Source: Leucoraja ocellata (taxonomy: Eukaryota). From it: 64,000 bases of DNA. Below the pieces are notes generated by a model. That model was not told the origin of the DNA, searched no databases, and was given only the letters and a program-made list of their open reading frames with translations. Below are positions 62,481-64,000 of the stretch, piece by piece (within the stretch, counting starts at the first letter, position 1; every line of letters begins with the position of its first letter). Position numbers and translations under genes: made by a program. Where the stretch lies: positions 682,001 to 746,000 of the forward strand of contig JAWMAR010000635.1 of the NCBI GenBank assembly GCA_036785375.1, written 5' to 3'.

Positions 62481-63887
62481 CGGTTTCCATGGATGTGAAT
62501 CATCATTGGATCTTACATTGTTTAAAGGAGAATCGTTGTACAATTATCAAAGGAAGTGATTGTTGTTCATTTCCAAAGCAAGTCATTTAAGTGGCCTCCC
62601 ATGTGAAACTGGCTGTCTATGGTTTCTAAGACCATGGTGCCTGATTATTGTGGGGAAGTTACATTTAAACAAGTTATTTTTCCAAGACTGGTTCTCGTTT
62701 AAATTTAGTAATATTTAGGGGAGCTCACCACTAGTTAACCACTCACCTATTAAACAAAACTTGCTTCCATTATTTGCTCTCTCAAATCTCTTTAGAGTTT
62801 TGAATACCTCTTAAACCATCTGCAAGTTTGTCCAGTCTCTTCAGAAAACTATAGCCAGTCATCCGAGATAAACATCTAAGAAAACTTCCACTGTATCTTC
62901 TCTAAATCTTGATTTCCCTGCTTAAGAATGATGGTGAGAATCACGAGCATTAATTAAGAAGATGTCTGTCAGTGTGATGTAACATGATTTCTTTGTTTAT
63001 GTATTAATTGACCCTACTTACAGTTCAAGTGATTTATTTTCTCAGCTTCCTTGCCACCTTCAGAAATTTATGAATATTTGCTCCAATGTCCTCTAGTTTT
63101 ATATTTGACAATCCTCTGCTCCACGCACCTCATAAAAATAGGACCAGTTAGATTTCATGATTTCCCCCTGCCATTCATGCATACATTACTTTGTAGATGT
63201 ATCTGTCTTGTATCTGCCTTTCTCATATCTACCACTATAACCCATAACACTCTATTCTCATGTTTTGTCTTGTCTGCCAAGTCAATTTATATATTCCAAT
63301 AAAAGTAAACCTTTGAATAACAGCTCCCAATCCTTCTCAGTTAAACATCTCATCAACTTTTTCCTCCTAGCTATTTTTAAAGAGTATTGTGTATTTGGAA
63401 GCTATAGCTCAACAGATAATCATGTTTCCCCCCCAAAAAATTGTCGCCCATTCAAGATAATTGTAAATACCTCACTGTGGGAGGTATTGAATTTTATTTC
63501 ATGCTATCAAACAGTTTTTCGTGTAACATAATAATGTTTTGGTTAATGATTTTCAATATTCAGTTATTACATTCTGCCGGCATAGCTCTTGTCAGGATCT
63601 GGGGGCAACATTTAATTGCCTAACACCTTTTTTAAGTGACATACTACTACTTTGCCTCAAGTCTGGTTCCTAACTGTAAATCGTAACTAATAGCACATTG
63701 AGAATTGTGACCTGGCAGGTCTATATGTGTGATGAACTAATGTAAAGAGACAGGTGATGTTGGTCCTGTAGGCTGGAAGGTCATCTGTGAAAATTAATCA
63801 TGGGTCTGTATATAACACTGTGGGGCATGTGCAGCGTAAGCAGATGATGCCCGCTACACCTATGCTCTGTACGAGGGATCATCAGTC

Positions 63888-63970
63888 TTTAGACTTTGGA
63901 GATACAGCGTGGAAACAGGCCCATCACCCCACTGAGTCCATGCCGACCAATGATCACCTTGTACACTAGT
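63888..63970 (-). mobile_element. V-SINE 3' fragment
   Basis: gatacagcgtggaaacaggccc..cccactgagtcc..gccgaccaa matches the tails of the other copies. Confidence 0.75.
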
Positions 63971-64000
63971 GTCCCTAGACTAGACTAGCACCATCTTACA

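Overview
Eukaryotic genomic DNA from a cartilaginous fish, probably a skate or ray, judged from the V-SINE, CR1 and Penelope repeat families. The window holds most of the prox1 (prospero homeobox 1) gene on the + strand. A CpG-rich CCAAT/E-box/CRE promoter and a probable non-coding exon 1 lie at about 11.3-11.7 kb. Coding exons are 16568-18280, 27173-27280 and 36999-37193 (672 codons). I could not find the last coding exon, so it is probably downstream of the window. Intron 2 is a minor-spliceosome (U12) AT-AC intron. The rest is regulatory DNA, nearly free of repeats from about 10 to 28 kb, plus many transposon fragments: L2, CR1, Rex1 and HERO-type LINEs, V-SINEs, Penelope-derived repeats with hammerhead-like cores, and hAT, Harbinger and pogo-like MITEs. 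There are two assembly gaps. I see no clearly new biological system. The most interesting signals are a diverged ~85-bp direct repeat bracketing exon 3 next to the U12 branch point, a strong-context uORF just before the start codon, the hammerhead-like repeats, and a candidate in-frame cassette exon.
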